From sequence record MK599315.1: DNA of 64,000 nucleotides; one strand, 5' to 3'. Of the stretch, positions 22,201-31,765 are shown in pieces. The notes under the pieces are model-generated. The model had not been told where the DNA came from. It saw only the letters and a list, made by a program, of their open reading frames with translations, and searched no databases. The first letter of the stretch is position 1. Each line of letters begins with the position of its first letter. The position numbers and the translations under genes are program-made.

Positions 22201-22323
22201 TGGCGGTAAACCATTAACAGAATACGCGACACCATTAGTAGCGACATTAGAATCAAATGTCCATTTTACAACCTGGGTACTAGGATAGGCCCCAGGTTGT
22301 TTGTCAGGGTTAGCATATGCCAT
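19274..22323 (-). CDS. Tail fibre / receptor-binding-like virion protein (~1016 aa), interrupted by a -1 frameshift near 21195
   Basis: The frame of ORF 19274..20815 stays open without a start codon up to 21199 (QTAIQDILTYRKAGNGIFIFTDHG...), where ORF 21037..22323 shifts out. N-terminal DGGFPKF motif; C-terminal ConA-like lectin with DDDFLGVV. Confidence 0.7.
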
Positions 22324-22335
22324 TTCAGGCTCCTA

Positions 22336-22722
22336 TTAAGGTACGATTTTTTTATGGGGTGCTCTGACAATGACAATGTATGCAACAGTGGCAGACGACG
22401 GGTTAGCAATAACTAACGTACCATCGTCTTTAATACCCCAGGTTAATACAGCAGAAGCGTCAATGTAACAACCTTCGGTGAGAGAACCACTTACAGTATC
22501 TCTAATCTTTACTTCTACAGAAGCTGCACGGGGTACCTCTGAACCAGCTGGAATCAAAGGAACAAGATCATACGTCTTAGTTCCGCCTGCCGGTACCGTT
22601 GTACTCTCGTAGATGATGGCTGCTGCACCACCTCCACCAGAACCGCCGCCAGCGATTAGTTCTTCGATCTTAAGTAGATAACGGTTGATGGCCGCAATCA
22701 TACCTTTATTTGTATCACTCAT
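22336..22722 (-). CDS. Small virion/tail-associated protein
   Basis: ATG 22722 with GGAG SD; GGGSGGGG linker followed by a beta-rich domain. Confidence 0.65.
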   Translation of the reverse strand: MSDTNKGMIAAINRYLLKIEELIAGGGSGGGGAAAIIYESTTVPAGGTKTYDLVPLIPAGSEVPRAASVEVKIRDTVSGSLTEGCYIDASAVLTWGIKDDGTLVIANPSSATVAYIVIVRAPHKKIVP

Positions 22723-22734
22723 TGTAGACTCCAA

Positions 22735-25700
22735 TCACCGCAAATATGCGGGAACATTAGATTTGGGTTTAAGGGGTATCTCGAAATCAACTGCCGGAAT
22801 CTCGATGTCGAATTTTTCGAATGCTTTCTGAAGAACGTTGTGTATTACTTTGTTCTCATCGAACTCTGTTTCATCACCATGATCTTCCATTGCTTCTCCA
22901 ATTTCAAATGGAGATTTGATACCCATAATCGCTTCTACCTGATCTTGACTCCATTTAAGAATATCAGCCGATCGGGTAGAGATATTTGGGATATCTCCAG
23001 TATCGAGAGAACACTGGTAAACGACAACTTGAGAATCTTGACCTAAACGATAAGCACGAGATATAGCCTGTTCTAGAATATAAGCTCTGAATGGACTATT
23101 CAATAGAATCAGAGTATCTGCCATTGTCAGGCGAACAGCTGTCGATAGAGAAGCATATGTAGCATTGAGTGGATTTAGTTCCTTACTCGAATCGAAACGT
23201 TTAACGATTTCAGCCAGTTCATTAGTAGTCTTCCCATAAACGGCCAGTGGTTTCATACCTAGCTTAACGCAATGTGTATCCGCAGCTTCTACTGCTTCAA
23301 CAAAGCTAGTAAACATAATCGTCTTCTTGTGAGTGGATTCTGTAATACCGACCCAGTCAACATACGGGACCATTGCCACATGACATTCAATACGTTTACC
23401 ACCTAACACACGACCAAGACATTCACCTTGAATCTTGAGGTTAGTATATTTGATAACCGATTTAATATCCCTGAACTCATGGATGAACTGCTTTGGAAGG
23501 GAAGGACCAAATACTAATTTTTCATATTGGTTCGTTGCTTTGATTTCCTCTCCTGCAAAGCGTGGATCAGGGATCTGTTGAACATACTTGACCAGATCCA
23601 AGTACTCTTTGAAGGCTCTTTCTTGTGCAGCTGTTTTGAGGGTTTTTCGATGGAGTCCACAGAACTCTGCCCAGCGTTTATCATCTTCAGGTCTCCGCTT
23701 CTTGTAGTAAGCCCAGCGTTCTTGAATAAATGCTTCCATAACCTTTCTAATAGCCGGAAGGGTGAAGTCATCACCATTCGGAATTTTAATTGGATAAGGA
23801 CGCATGATCGGGGGCTCTAGGTCGAGTTCTTGTTTCTCTACCTTGTAGGATACGAGACCTAATCGATGTCTGATTATATCGAGTCCTTTAGATGCTTCTT
23901 TACCATACATCTTCTTGAAGCGTTCTTCTACCTGCGGAGTGAATAGAGGATCTACTATTCGCAGTAAGTTAATCAGTTCAACACCCAATGCTTTTACAGG
24001 CGTGCCCGAAGCTAAAAGATTATTACGAGAACCGACCATCTTTACAATGAGTTGATAAAGTTTAGTCCGTGTAGAGTTAGGGTCATTCATGTTGTGCGAT
24101 TCATCTAGAATCGTCACAGTACGTTTGCTACCAACTATATTACGGTTTCTAAGAAGTTCTACTACCTTATCCATTGCATCGTAATGACAGACGATCCAAC
24201 GCTGTCCTTTGTAGGGCATATTAGGTTCGAACGTATGCCAAACTGTTTGCGGCTTATGGAACATCTCTTTCAGGGAATCTAACCAGACTAGATCCAAAGC
24301 ATTCTTAGGACACATTACAACAATGAGTTCAGCATCAAGCATCTCGGCAATAGCTGAAGTAAGATATGTGTTATGTGTCACGACGAAATCATCGGTCACG
24401 TAAAGGTGATCGGGATGTTCAACCTGAATACATTGACACTCCACTCGATCCGACAGGTTAACATGTTTCACCTGTAAACGAAGATTATCCGCGTATTGGT
24501 TATTGTCGTTGCATCGAGCTATTTTGCGATCAAGGCGGAAAAGTGCACTGGGGGTATCAAACCGGACAGCTACCCGATAAGACATGTTACCGTACTTCTT
24601 GACGCCGTTGTACGTGAATGTAGGCTCTTTGAACGCCAGTTTGGCAATTCCACCCAGGGAACGAACTAGGTACTGGAACTGCTTGGCTAACATGTAGCTG
24701 CAACTGGTGAAACTTAGGTTGCTATTCTCGTCAACTGTACCATCCGTGTCCATAAGACCTTGTACAAGAGCCAATCGCTGGGCAGTAGAACCGAATAGGT
24801 ATTCTTGCGGAATGAATTTAGAAAGGGAATTCGTTCCTAGCAAATTCATATCTCGAAGAGCACTGATATACGGGTTACGCTCACCTTTCTTGTTGATGAC
24901 CCCCATGGTAATGCGTCACGGGCGATAAGATTGAGGTTATCCGGGAGAGCTTTACTGAACGTATCGAATAGTTGAGGGTCACCACTGGTAATGGTCACAC
25001 AACTCGAACTGATCCCGCCATCGCCAAGAATAACCCCGAGGTTATACGGATCGATCGGTAGATCGACATCCATACCTTCTTCGGACTTACAGAGTTGAAC
25101 GTAAAGTCGATTCCGGTATGATTTCATAGACATGTAACCGAACAGGGTGGTGGTGTTGATTACTCGCCAACCATCACTACCGTCCCTCGTCCAATTATAG
25201 CAATAGACTCGCCATAGGTGCTCATCACATGCTTCGGTCGTGCGACCGTCTTTGAATGTAACCGTAAAAGTTTGTTTCTTTCCTTGTGGGTAAACGCCGG
25301 TGACCTTAGTCGGGGTACCGTCCCAAGCAGTGACCATGTCACCAACTTGAATATCACCCATACGTTTCCAGCCACCAGGAATTTTAACCATGGCGTTTAG
25401 TGGTTGTGCCTTACCCGTACCGGCGGCCGCGGCAATTAAGTCACCATTTAGATTGTATTGATCTAGCCGATATGTGTAGTTCTTGAAATACTCTAATTGA
25501 TACGGTTTTGGATCAAATTTTAATCGAGACAGATTAGCTAGATTAAGTCGCCCTTGTACTGATTTCTCATCAATGGCTTTAGTAGAGGCAAGCCAAGTAT
25601 TCTGTAAAAGCGCATCTTTAATAGCAGCGATCATTTTTACAGAGGTGTATCGAGAACGGTAATAGACAATGTTTTCCAACATGTACATTACTTCAGGTGC

Positions 25701-25889
25701 AAAGAACTTATAGAAGCTTAATGAGTTCCGACCAATGTTGTTGAACAAGTTGGTTGTAATCTTGGAAGTCTTCCAATGCTTACTGATATCTCGGACTATG
25801 TCGAAGCCACGAATACCAGAGATGATAATCTCCGTTTCAGTTTCTTTGACTGTCAAGCCGCCAAATATCGAACGGAATGAGTCTAACAT
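22735..25889 (-). CDS. SNF2/SF2 helicase (phiKZ gp203-like) containing an intein; -1 frameshift inside the intein near 24910
   Basis: Walker A AAAAGTGK|T is split by the intein; Walker B ILDESHN, motif III ASGTP, motif VI EQAISRAYRLGQ. The precursor would be 1051 aa and the spliced protein 704 aa if one base is restored. Confidence 0.88.
24370..25409 (-). mobile_element. Class 3 intein with LAGLIDADG homing endonuclease
   Basis: Starts AQPL (Ala1); block B CDEHLW, block F CQCIQV, block G VVTHN/T; endonuclease blocks LGVILGDGG and VQGLMDTDG. The span is 1040 nt, one base short of 347 codons. Confidence 0.9.
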
Positions 25890-25970
25890 GTGGGTTTATC
25901 CTTAAGGGGTAAATTCATAGAATTGGCCTACGTGTAAGATTTAGAAAAAGATTACTAAAACAGTAATGAT

Positions 25971-26096
25971 ATAGTCAAGGCAGTCGCGCATAGCGCTGCA
26001 CTTTAAGGGGGTGATCCAGCCGATTCTTTAACTTGATACGTTAAAGTATTTGCGGGAGCAAAGACGAGTATCTAACTACGGTGCCTTGACGACTAT
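25971..26096 (+). ncRNA. Candidate structured non-coding RNA
   Basis: Closing stem ATAGTC-AAGGCA / TGCCTT-GAC-GACTAT; internal hairpins CTTTAAC/GTTAAAG and TTTGC-GGGA-GCAAA; no ORF; upstream AAAGATTAC motif and downstream terminator. Confidence 0.4.
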
Positions 26097-26120
26097 GTTT
26101 GGACTCTCTAATCTAAACAG

Positions 26121-26153
26121 ACATATCGCCCGGCTCAATGCCGGGCTTTATGT
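26121..26153. terminator. Bidirectional terminator
   Basis: ACATATC-GCCCGGC-TCAAT-GCCGGGC-TTTATGT. Confidence 0.7.
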
Positions 26154-26157
26154 TGTC

Positions 26158-27111
26158 TCATCGAATCAAACGTAAAGCTGGATTGAATCCACGGCTACTA
26201 CCATAAGCTGTAAAAGCATTGTCAAGCTGGTGAGCGATAGATGTGCTAAATCCACGTTGGATACAACGGTTATCTTCAGTAACAGCTTTATAGAAAATAT
26301 TCAAGCCATTACCTGGAGCTATAGACGATGGTAACTGATTACCATAACGACTGCGTTGATAACCAGAATACAACTGTCCAGTTGGGTTTACTGCTGTATT
26401 GAATAGACGTTCGAAGGTATCTAAAGCTAGATCATTCATCACATGGAGACTTACCATCGCATCAGTAGCATTGGTGTATACTACCTTATCACCATGTGGG
26501 ATACATCCAACAGCAAAACTATTACCATTCCTAGAATAGATCTTACCCTGCATTACAGCTGGATTAGTAAGAGATGATGGCAAAGTACCAACACCATCTT
26601 CTACCGTATCAAGGAGAACACCTGCCCTATAAACATCCATGAATGACATTCCAGAATATGGAACTCTGTTCGGGATGTAATACGTTACACCTTTGAACTG
26701 TATTTTCCATGCTTCTGTTGGTTGATCAACAGTATTCGTGAAGTTAGATGGTAAAGCCAAATTTGTTTTAAAATCCGCTACCTCAAAAACATCTTCGATT
26801 GGACATGTTCCGAAGTAACCAATCCACCAGTCACCGAATACGGGAGTTTCGGGACCAGGTCCTTTATTAGTGTAATCAATAATGCAAATAGCTTTTACAT
26901 CACTCAATACGAAAGAACCTGTATTGTCCGTACCAATAACAAGATAGAAATAAGGTGTATCTTTCAAAGCGGTATCGTCTACAAATTCTCGATCAGTAAC
27001 ATCCAGCTGCTTAAAAACAGCTGGAAGATTATTCACATCAAATGGTTCTGTAGAACGATAAGCTTTTAAGTCAACAATATCACCTGTAACCGAAAAGCCT
27101 ACTTTAATCAT
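26158..27111 (-). CDS. Virion structural protein, paralogue 4 of a tandem family (phiKZ gp131-like tail family)
   Basis: N-terminal FN3-like segment; GPGP..GYFG, WKI, SFMDVYRAG and terminal FNPALRL motifs. Confidence 0.7.
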   Translation of the reverse strand: MIKVGFSVTGDIVDLKAYRSTEPFDVNNLPAVFKQLDVTDREFVDDTALKDTPYFYLVIGTDNTGSFVLSDVKAICIIDYTNKGPGPETPVFGDWWIGYFGTCPIEDVFEVADFKTNLALPSNFTNTVDQPTEAWKIQFKGVTYYIPNRVPYSGMSFMDVYRAGVLLDTVEDGVGTLPSSLTNPAVMQGKIYSRNGNSFAVGCIPHGDKVVYTNATDAMVSLHVMNDLALDTFERLFNTAVNPTGQLYSGYQRSRYGNQLPSSIAPGNGLNIFYKAVTEDNRCIQRGFSTSIAHQLDNAFTAYGSSRGFNPALRLIR

Positions 27112-27119
27112 CGAATCAC

Positions 27120-28070
27120 CTATAGCTCTAGTTCTAGAATTGGCATGAATGCAGCCGCGCTATTTACCAGAGTATTGGAAACGTTTATAAGCGCTGCACC
27201 TCTGACCAATATAGACTGGGTTTCACCTACGAATGTACGCGTCATGAAGATACCCGAACCAGGTGCGCCACCCGTCATTACAACGTTCGTTGAAGTCGAG
27301 TTAACGCGTGTTTTAAGGTTAGGCTTATTGATGTTAGATGCATATGCAATTAGACGATCCCATGTGAGGCCAAGTAGATCATTAAACTGATCATAGACAG
27401 CCTGTCCAGCAGCTATACTTGCGAGTGATCGTTCACCAGCAAATGTAGGCAGGCCAACTCTGTAACTATGATTCTTAATAATGACAGTCTTACCTTGTTC
27501 GGTTGGCGTACCAACTACAGTCTTAACAGGAGCAGGAAGATCATCCCAATGATCTCCAGGTGTTGACCAAGCACAACCCGCATTATAGACATCGGCCCAA
27601 CGTAGGTTATAAGCCACGTAGCGAATTGGCAGCATGAAAATGCGCCCATCTACAACGAACTTATGCCAAATGAAATCCGTTACAGGTGGAATTCTAATAT
27701 CAGTCAAAAGACTGAGTCCACAAAGATCTGTTATTTCACCAGGTAATACAAAATCTGGAACCTCACCAAAATAACCTAATTCATAGTCTCCAGAACGAAG
27801 GGTATTTGGTCCGAAACCAGTGTAAGGCATGTTAGCAAGTGCAACCACTTTGGAATAGGTTACATCACCATTCTCAAAATTAGAACCGATGCAGTAATAG
27901 TAGACTTTATTTCTAATAGCTGTTGTATCATCGTACTCTTTGATGTTTCCTTGCACATTAACTAATACACTAGGTAATGTCGATTCATCGAATTTTGTTT
28001 CAGATCGAAAAATATCAAATGTGACTGCTTCTCGATCATTGGTCAAACCCCATTGTACTTTAATACCCAT
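27120..28070 (-). CDS. Virion structural protein, paralogue 3
   Basis: IKVQW..FDIFRS..YYY FN3-like segment; GFGP..GYFG, WHKF, WADVYNAG, FMPILEL. Confidence 0.7.
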   Translation of the reverse strand: MGIKVQWGLTNDREAVTFDIFRSETKFDESTLPSVLVNVQGNIKEYDDTTAIRNKVYYYCIGSNFENGDVTYSKVVALANMPYTGFGPNTLRSGDYELGYFGEVPDFVLPGEITDLCGLSLLTDIRIPPVTDFIWHKFVVDGRIFMLPIRYVAYNLRWADVYNAGCAWSTPGDHWDDLPAPVKTVVGTPTEQGKTVIIKNHSYRVGLPTFAGERSLASIAAGQAVYDQFNDLLGLTWDRLIAYASNINKPNLKTRVNSTSTNVVMTGGAPGSGIFMTRTFVGETQSILVRGAALINVSNTLVNSAAAFMPILELEL

Positions 28071-28072
28071 GA

Positions 28073-29059
28073 TTACACCTCAAAGTCAACGAAGTTACCA
28101 GGGATAAGTTCCAGTACAGGGAACCAAATGTTTGAACTTGAGGTTCTACCTGTATGTTGAGGTACAAAAGCCGAAGCTTTCGTTGCACTCGTATTTCGCG
28201 AAATATATGCAGAAGCTGGAGTGGTTGGAGTATCTCGTGTTAGAATAGCTTTACTATTAACACGTGTAGCCTCATTATCACCGGTTACGTTAACTCGTTC
28301 CAATGTTTTATTAGCATAGAACTGACTAGTCATACCGGCTAAAAATAACTCGACGGTACCATTACTGAGAGATGGGTCAGAATTACCTAATGCAGTCGCT
28401 GCGGATGACGATAGATCACTAACAGAATTAGGATCATCGTGATCAACTAGAACGGAAGGCAAAGATACTTCAAATTCAGATAGAGCAAAATTGATTCGCT
28501 TGCCCTGAGGAACAGGAGTAGTAACACCGGGGACAGCGGATGGTACTGCGTTCTTACTGTATACTAGACCCGCATTATAGAGGTCCATCCAGTACAGAGT
28601 ACCAGTTGCGATGGAATATTCAGGTACATAGAAAGTCCGTCCTTTCCATGCGAATTTATGCCAACGTTGACCAGCATTATTAGCTGCGTTCCAGGACAAA
28701 CCACAACGAGCGATTAGTTCACTGTCCGAAATAAATTCAACAGTGGGAAGAGAACCGTAGTAACCATAATTGATGTTACCTGCAACCAAGCGCTGTGGAC
28801 CAGGTCCAGTGAAAGGTACCGCATGGAACTGGAATACACGAGATTTAGCTACATCCCCATCTTTCGATGATTCAAACATGTAGTAGTAAATAAGTCCATA
28901 TGTAAGCCCTTCGTCAGCATAACCATCAACGTCACCATTGACTTCTGCTATTGGTGTACCAGGGTTGTTTCTATCAATCATTGTTGCTGATCGATAAATT
29001 TTAATACTTACGGACGCGTCGTTTGGGTTTACCCAACGTAGATTGATTGTAAATGCCAT
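28073..29059 (-). CDS. Virion structural protein, paralogue 2
   Basis: INLRW..IKIYRS..YYY; GPGP..GYYG, WHKF, WMDLYNAG, WFPVLEL. Confidence 0.7.
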   Translation of the reverse strand: MAFTINLRWVNPNDASVSIKIYRSATMIDRNNPGTPIAEVNGDVDGYADEGLTYGLIYYYMFESSKDGDVAKSRVFQFHAVPFTGPGPQRLVAGNINYGYYGSLPTVEFISDSELIARCGLSWNAANNAGQRWHKFAWKGRTFYVPEYSIATGTLYWMDLYNAGLVYSKNAVPSAVPGVTTPVPQGKRINFALSEFEVSLPSVLVDHDDPNSVSDLSSSAATALGNSDPSLSNGTVELFLAGMTSQFYANKTLERVNVTGDNEATRVNSKAILTRDTPTTPASAYISRNTSATKASAFVPQHTGRTSSSNIWFPVLELIPGNFVDFEV

Positions 29060-29071
29060 GTTAAATCATCC

Positions 29072-30022
29072 TCATGTGAAACTAAAGCTATTAATTCTAA
29101 CTTCAGCTGTTTTATCTATCTTTCGCGATATACTGTTCAAGTCGATAAGCGTTTCATCTTGTGGGGCATTGCTAATATAAGCAATACTTACAGGAGTTGG
29201 TAGTGAAGTAAGCTGAATAATAGGTTGAATTCCACCAGAGCTGATTTCTGTATTAGTTATAATACTAGCTTCGGCTAAATTACTGTAAGCATTAATAGTC
29301 GTTTCTATTGGTACTAGGTGATATTCATCTTTAGGAATCAGCTCTAATACCGGACGCCAAATACCATTATTCGTTGGGGCATTATTATTTACAGACGTGA
29401 TACTTGTGTTGTAAAACTGATACATTGGGCGCTGGGCTGTATTCAATGCCTTTGTCCATGTACCGTTACCAAGACCGATAACACTTGTGGGTCTATTGTC
29501 CCAAGACCCATTAGTCACTCGTGTAAATACCTGACCAAGTTCACTTGTTGGGTCTTCATTATTAGTTGGAGTGAATGGGTTCTCAGTTAGATGACCCATA
29601 CGGATTCTAAACTGCCAGCTCCCTTCATCGTCAGTAAAATGATAGAACTTATCTTGAACGGTATTATATCCACTTGGAATATTTTGACCAATCGTGTTGT
29701 CTCCAAATACAAGGCCTTTGTCGTAAAGAACCTTCCATGAGACGTTGGTCATGTAGATAGATAAAGGTGCAAAACAAACCTTACCCATCCAGAAATATTT
29801 AACCCATTGTTGATTAGCGAATGAACCTACAATAGAGTTGGTATAGTCGGCTATATCTGCCTGTTCGATAAACCGTTCACGAAAATAAATATCTTTCGAA
29901 TCGACTAGACCGAAATACCCAAGTGTCTCATTACCCTTTATTAGGAATTTACTTCCTGGTCCAGAAAATGGATACTCTATAGCTTGCTTCTTTTGACTCA
30001 ATGATAACAGCACTTCAAACAT
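29072..30022 (-). CDS. Virion structural protein, paralogue 1 (no FN3-like domain, has a C-terminal extension)
   Basis: GPGS..GYFG, WVKY, SWKVLYDKG, WRPVLEL. Confidence 0.7.
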   Translation of the reverse strand: MFEVLLSLSQKKQAIEYPFSGPGSKFLIKGNETLGYFGLVDSKDIYFRERFIEQADIADYTNSIVGSFANQQWVKYFWMGKVCFAPLSIYMTNVSWKVLYDKGLVFGDNTIGQNIPSGYNTVQDKFYHFTDDEGSWQFRIRMGHLTENPFTPTNNEDPTSELGQVFTRVTNGSWDNRPTSVIGLGNGTWTKALNTAQRPMYQFYNTSITSVNNNAPTNNGIWRPVLELIPKDEYHLVPIETTINAYSNLAEASIITNTEISSGGIQPIIQLTSLPTPVSIAYISNAPQDETLIDLNSISRKIDKTAEVRINSFSFT

Positions 30023-30066
30023 ATTAGCACCTTTGCTGTTAAGGAAGAACTATAGGATTGCCTAAT

Positions 30067-30091
30067 AAAAATTATCTTACATCTATATTAC
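30067..30091 (+). promoter_or_regulatory. phiKZ-type early promoter
   Basis: AAAAATTATCTTACATCTATATTAC at the divergent start of a plus-strand operon. Confidence 0.75.
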
Positions 30092-30127
30092 CTAAGAGAA
30101 CATCTTTTCAAAGAAAGGAGAATACCG

Positions 30128-30424
30128 ATGAATATTGCTGAAAAAGTAAATGAGCTTATTAAGGAACTAGACAATAACAAATTTTATCTCATTCAGTTCA
30201 ACCAACGAGTTGATGGAGAGTGCCAACATTTCTATCTTTGTGATGATCTGGCAGGAGCGAGGCTCGACCGAGACCATCGGAAAGCAACTCTATTTAACCC
30301 GGTAAAAGATGATATTAGTCTCTTCATTAACCTTGGATACTGTTTAGTAACGACTCGTACACATCAGAGTCTTATTAAGTCAGCCAATATGGATTACCCA
30401 GCCTGGTTGGTGATTGGGACATAG
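30128..30424 (+). CDS. Hypothetical protein (first gene of an early operon)
   Basis: AAGGAG SD downstream of a TATATTAC promoter. Confidence 0.75.
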   Translation: MNIAEKVNELIKELDNNKFYLIQFNQRVDGECQHFYLCDDLAGARLDRDHRKATLFNPVKDDISLFINLGYCLVTTRTHQSLIKSANMDYPAWLVIGT

Positions 30425-30438
30425 AGCTAGCTCCCTGT

Positions 30439-30909
30439 ATGGTCGAATATGATAATTCGCTCCGTTTAGGTTTCACCGTTAGTAAAGAGGGAGATGTTCA
30501 AGCCGGTTATGTTTTCCCACCCGTTCATGTGACGGAAGAGAAACCTATAATCGTTCATGATAAGGAATCCATGGATTCCGTCGTTGTAGAACAGCTTAAT
30601 GCTCGTGTGACTCCAGATTTCTTTGATGGATTCGATATTCTGTCTGTCCAAGATATCTTAACCTTGCTGCGTACTTTCAAATGGCAGAATGCTGATAAGG
30701 TTAAATGTGCTGGCCAACATGCAGTTCGACAAAAGAAAGATATGTTGATTTACGAATTCGGTATCAACGGAGTTATCCATATTGATATCTTGAATGAACT
30801 ATACAGCGTTCTGAAAGAACAAGGTTGGACTGGTGCGTCTACTGCTGTATCTGGTATGGCCTCTGGTTCTTGGACTCGTCTCATGTTACATCGAAAGGTA
30901 GCTGTATGA
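30439..30909 (+). CDS. Hypothetical protein
   Basis: Operon-packed ORF; ATGA overlap with the next gene. Confidence 0.7.
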   Translation: MVEYDNSLRLGFTVSKEGDVQAGYVFPPVHVTEEKPIIVHDKESMDSVVVEQLNARVTPDFFDGFDILSVQDILTLLRTFKWQNADKVKCAGQHAVRQKKDMLIYEFGINGVIHIDILNELYSVLKEQGWTGASTAVSGMASGSWTRLMLHRKVAV

Positions 30910-31322
30910 GGAGAGTAAAATTCTATTCACGGTTAGCTGCACAGGCATTGACTGACGAAAGCTACATTATTTCTATTCGCTGTCCCGAACAAGACGTAAA
31001 ATTTGTACGCGAACACAAAGCTGTATTGGTTCTTGTTTTCGATGATGTCGAAGATTACGTCGATAACCGCTATCAGATGTTCGATTACGTGCATGCTGAT
31101 AAGATTCTTACATTCATCGATAAGATTCCGGATGGCGAAACGTTAATCGTTCACTGCGAGGCTGGCGTATCACGTAGTGCAGCTGTGGCTAAGTTTCTTC
31201 AGGGCATTGGCTGGGAAATCAAGAAAGATCGTTTTTGTAATGGTAAATTAGACATGGCTAATGGTCGAGTCTACGGTATGCTTCGTACTGTACATTATAG
31301 CCGTTCCAAAAATGAAGCTTAA
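30906..31322 (+). CDS. Protein-tyrosine/dual-specificity phosphatase-like protein
   Basis: CX5R loop VHCEAGVSRSAAVA; ATG 30906. Confidence 0.85.
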   Translation: MRRVKFYSRLAAQALTDESYIISIRCPEQDVKFVREHKAVLVLVFDDVEDYVDNRYQMFDYVHADKILTFIDKIPDGETLIVHCEAGVSRSAAVAKFLQGIGWEIKKDRFCNGKLDMANGRVYGMLRTVHYSRSKNEA

Positions 31323-31351
31323 CGATATGTCTATTCAAAAGAAGGTGTAAC

Positions 31352-31711
31352 ATGGCATTCCCAACATTTGATGAACTTGTCGATATTATCAAAGCTGATG
31401 ATGTTGACTCCGCAGCAGTCGTAGCTGCATTAGAAGCCGACATGGCAGATGCTGATAAAGTTAAAGCTGGTCATCGCCTGGTCAATGGAACTAGTACTTT
31501 TCAGTTCCACGTCCTTGGTCACATTACTGATTCCGACGTAATCACCAAACTTATTAAAGATCTGGGTGAAGCTGGTTTCATTATTAAAGACCTCAGTAGT
31601 ATTACTGGTCGCATGCCACCTAATAGCCAGGACCGAATCTTCAATGTTGAAGGTGAAGGTAATTCCTCTACAAAGTGGTCTCGTCTAGTAGTCGCTAAGA
31701 AACCTGACTAA
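31352..31711 (+). CDS. Hypothetical protein
   Basis: AAGG SD; followed by a terminator. Confidence 0.75.
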   Translation: MAFPTFDELVDIIKADDVDSAAVVAALEADMADADKVKAGHRLVNGTSTFQFHVLGHITDSDVITKLIKDLGEAGFIIKDLSSITGRMPPNSQDRIFNVEGEGNSSTKWSRLVVAKKPD

Positions 31712-31717
31712 CATACT

Positions 31718-31738
31718 GCTCCCTTCGGGGAGCTTTAT
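31718..31738 (+). terminator. Intrinsic terminator
   Basis: GCTCCC-TTCG-GGGAGC-TTTAT. Confidence 0.75.
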
Positions 31739-31765
31739 GCCATCTCTCATTAAAAGGAAAATCAA

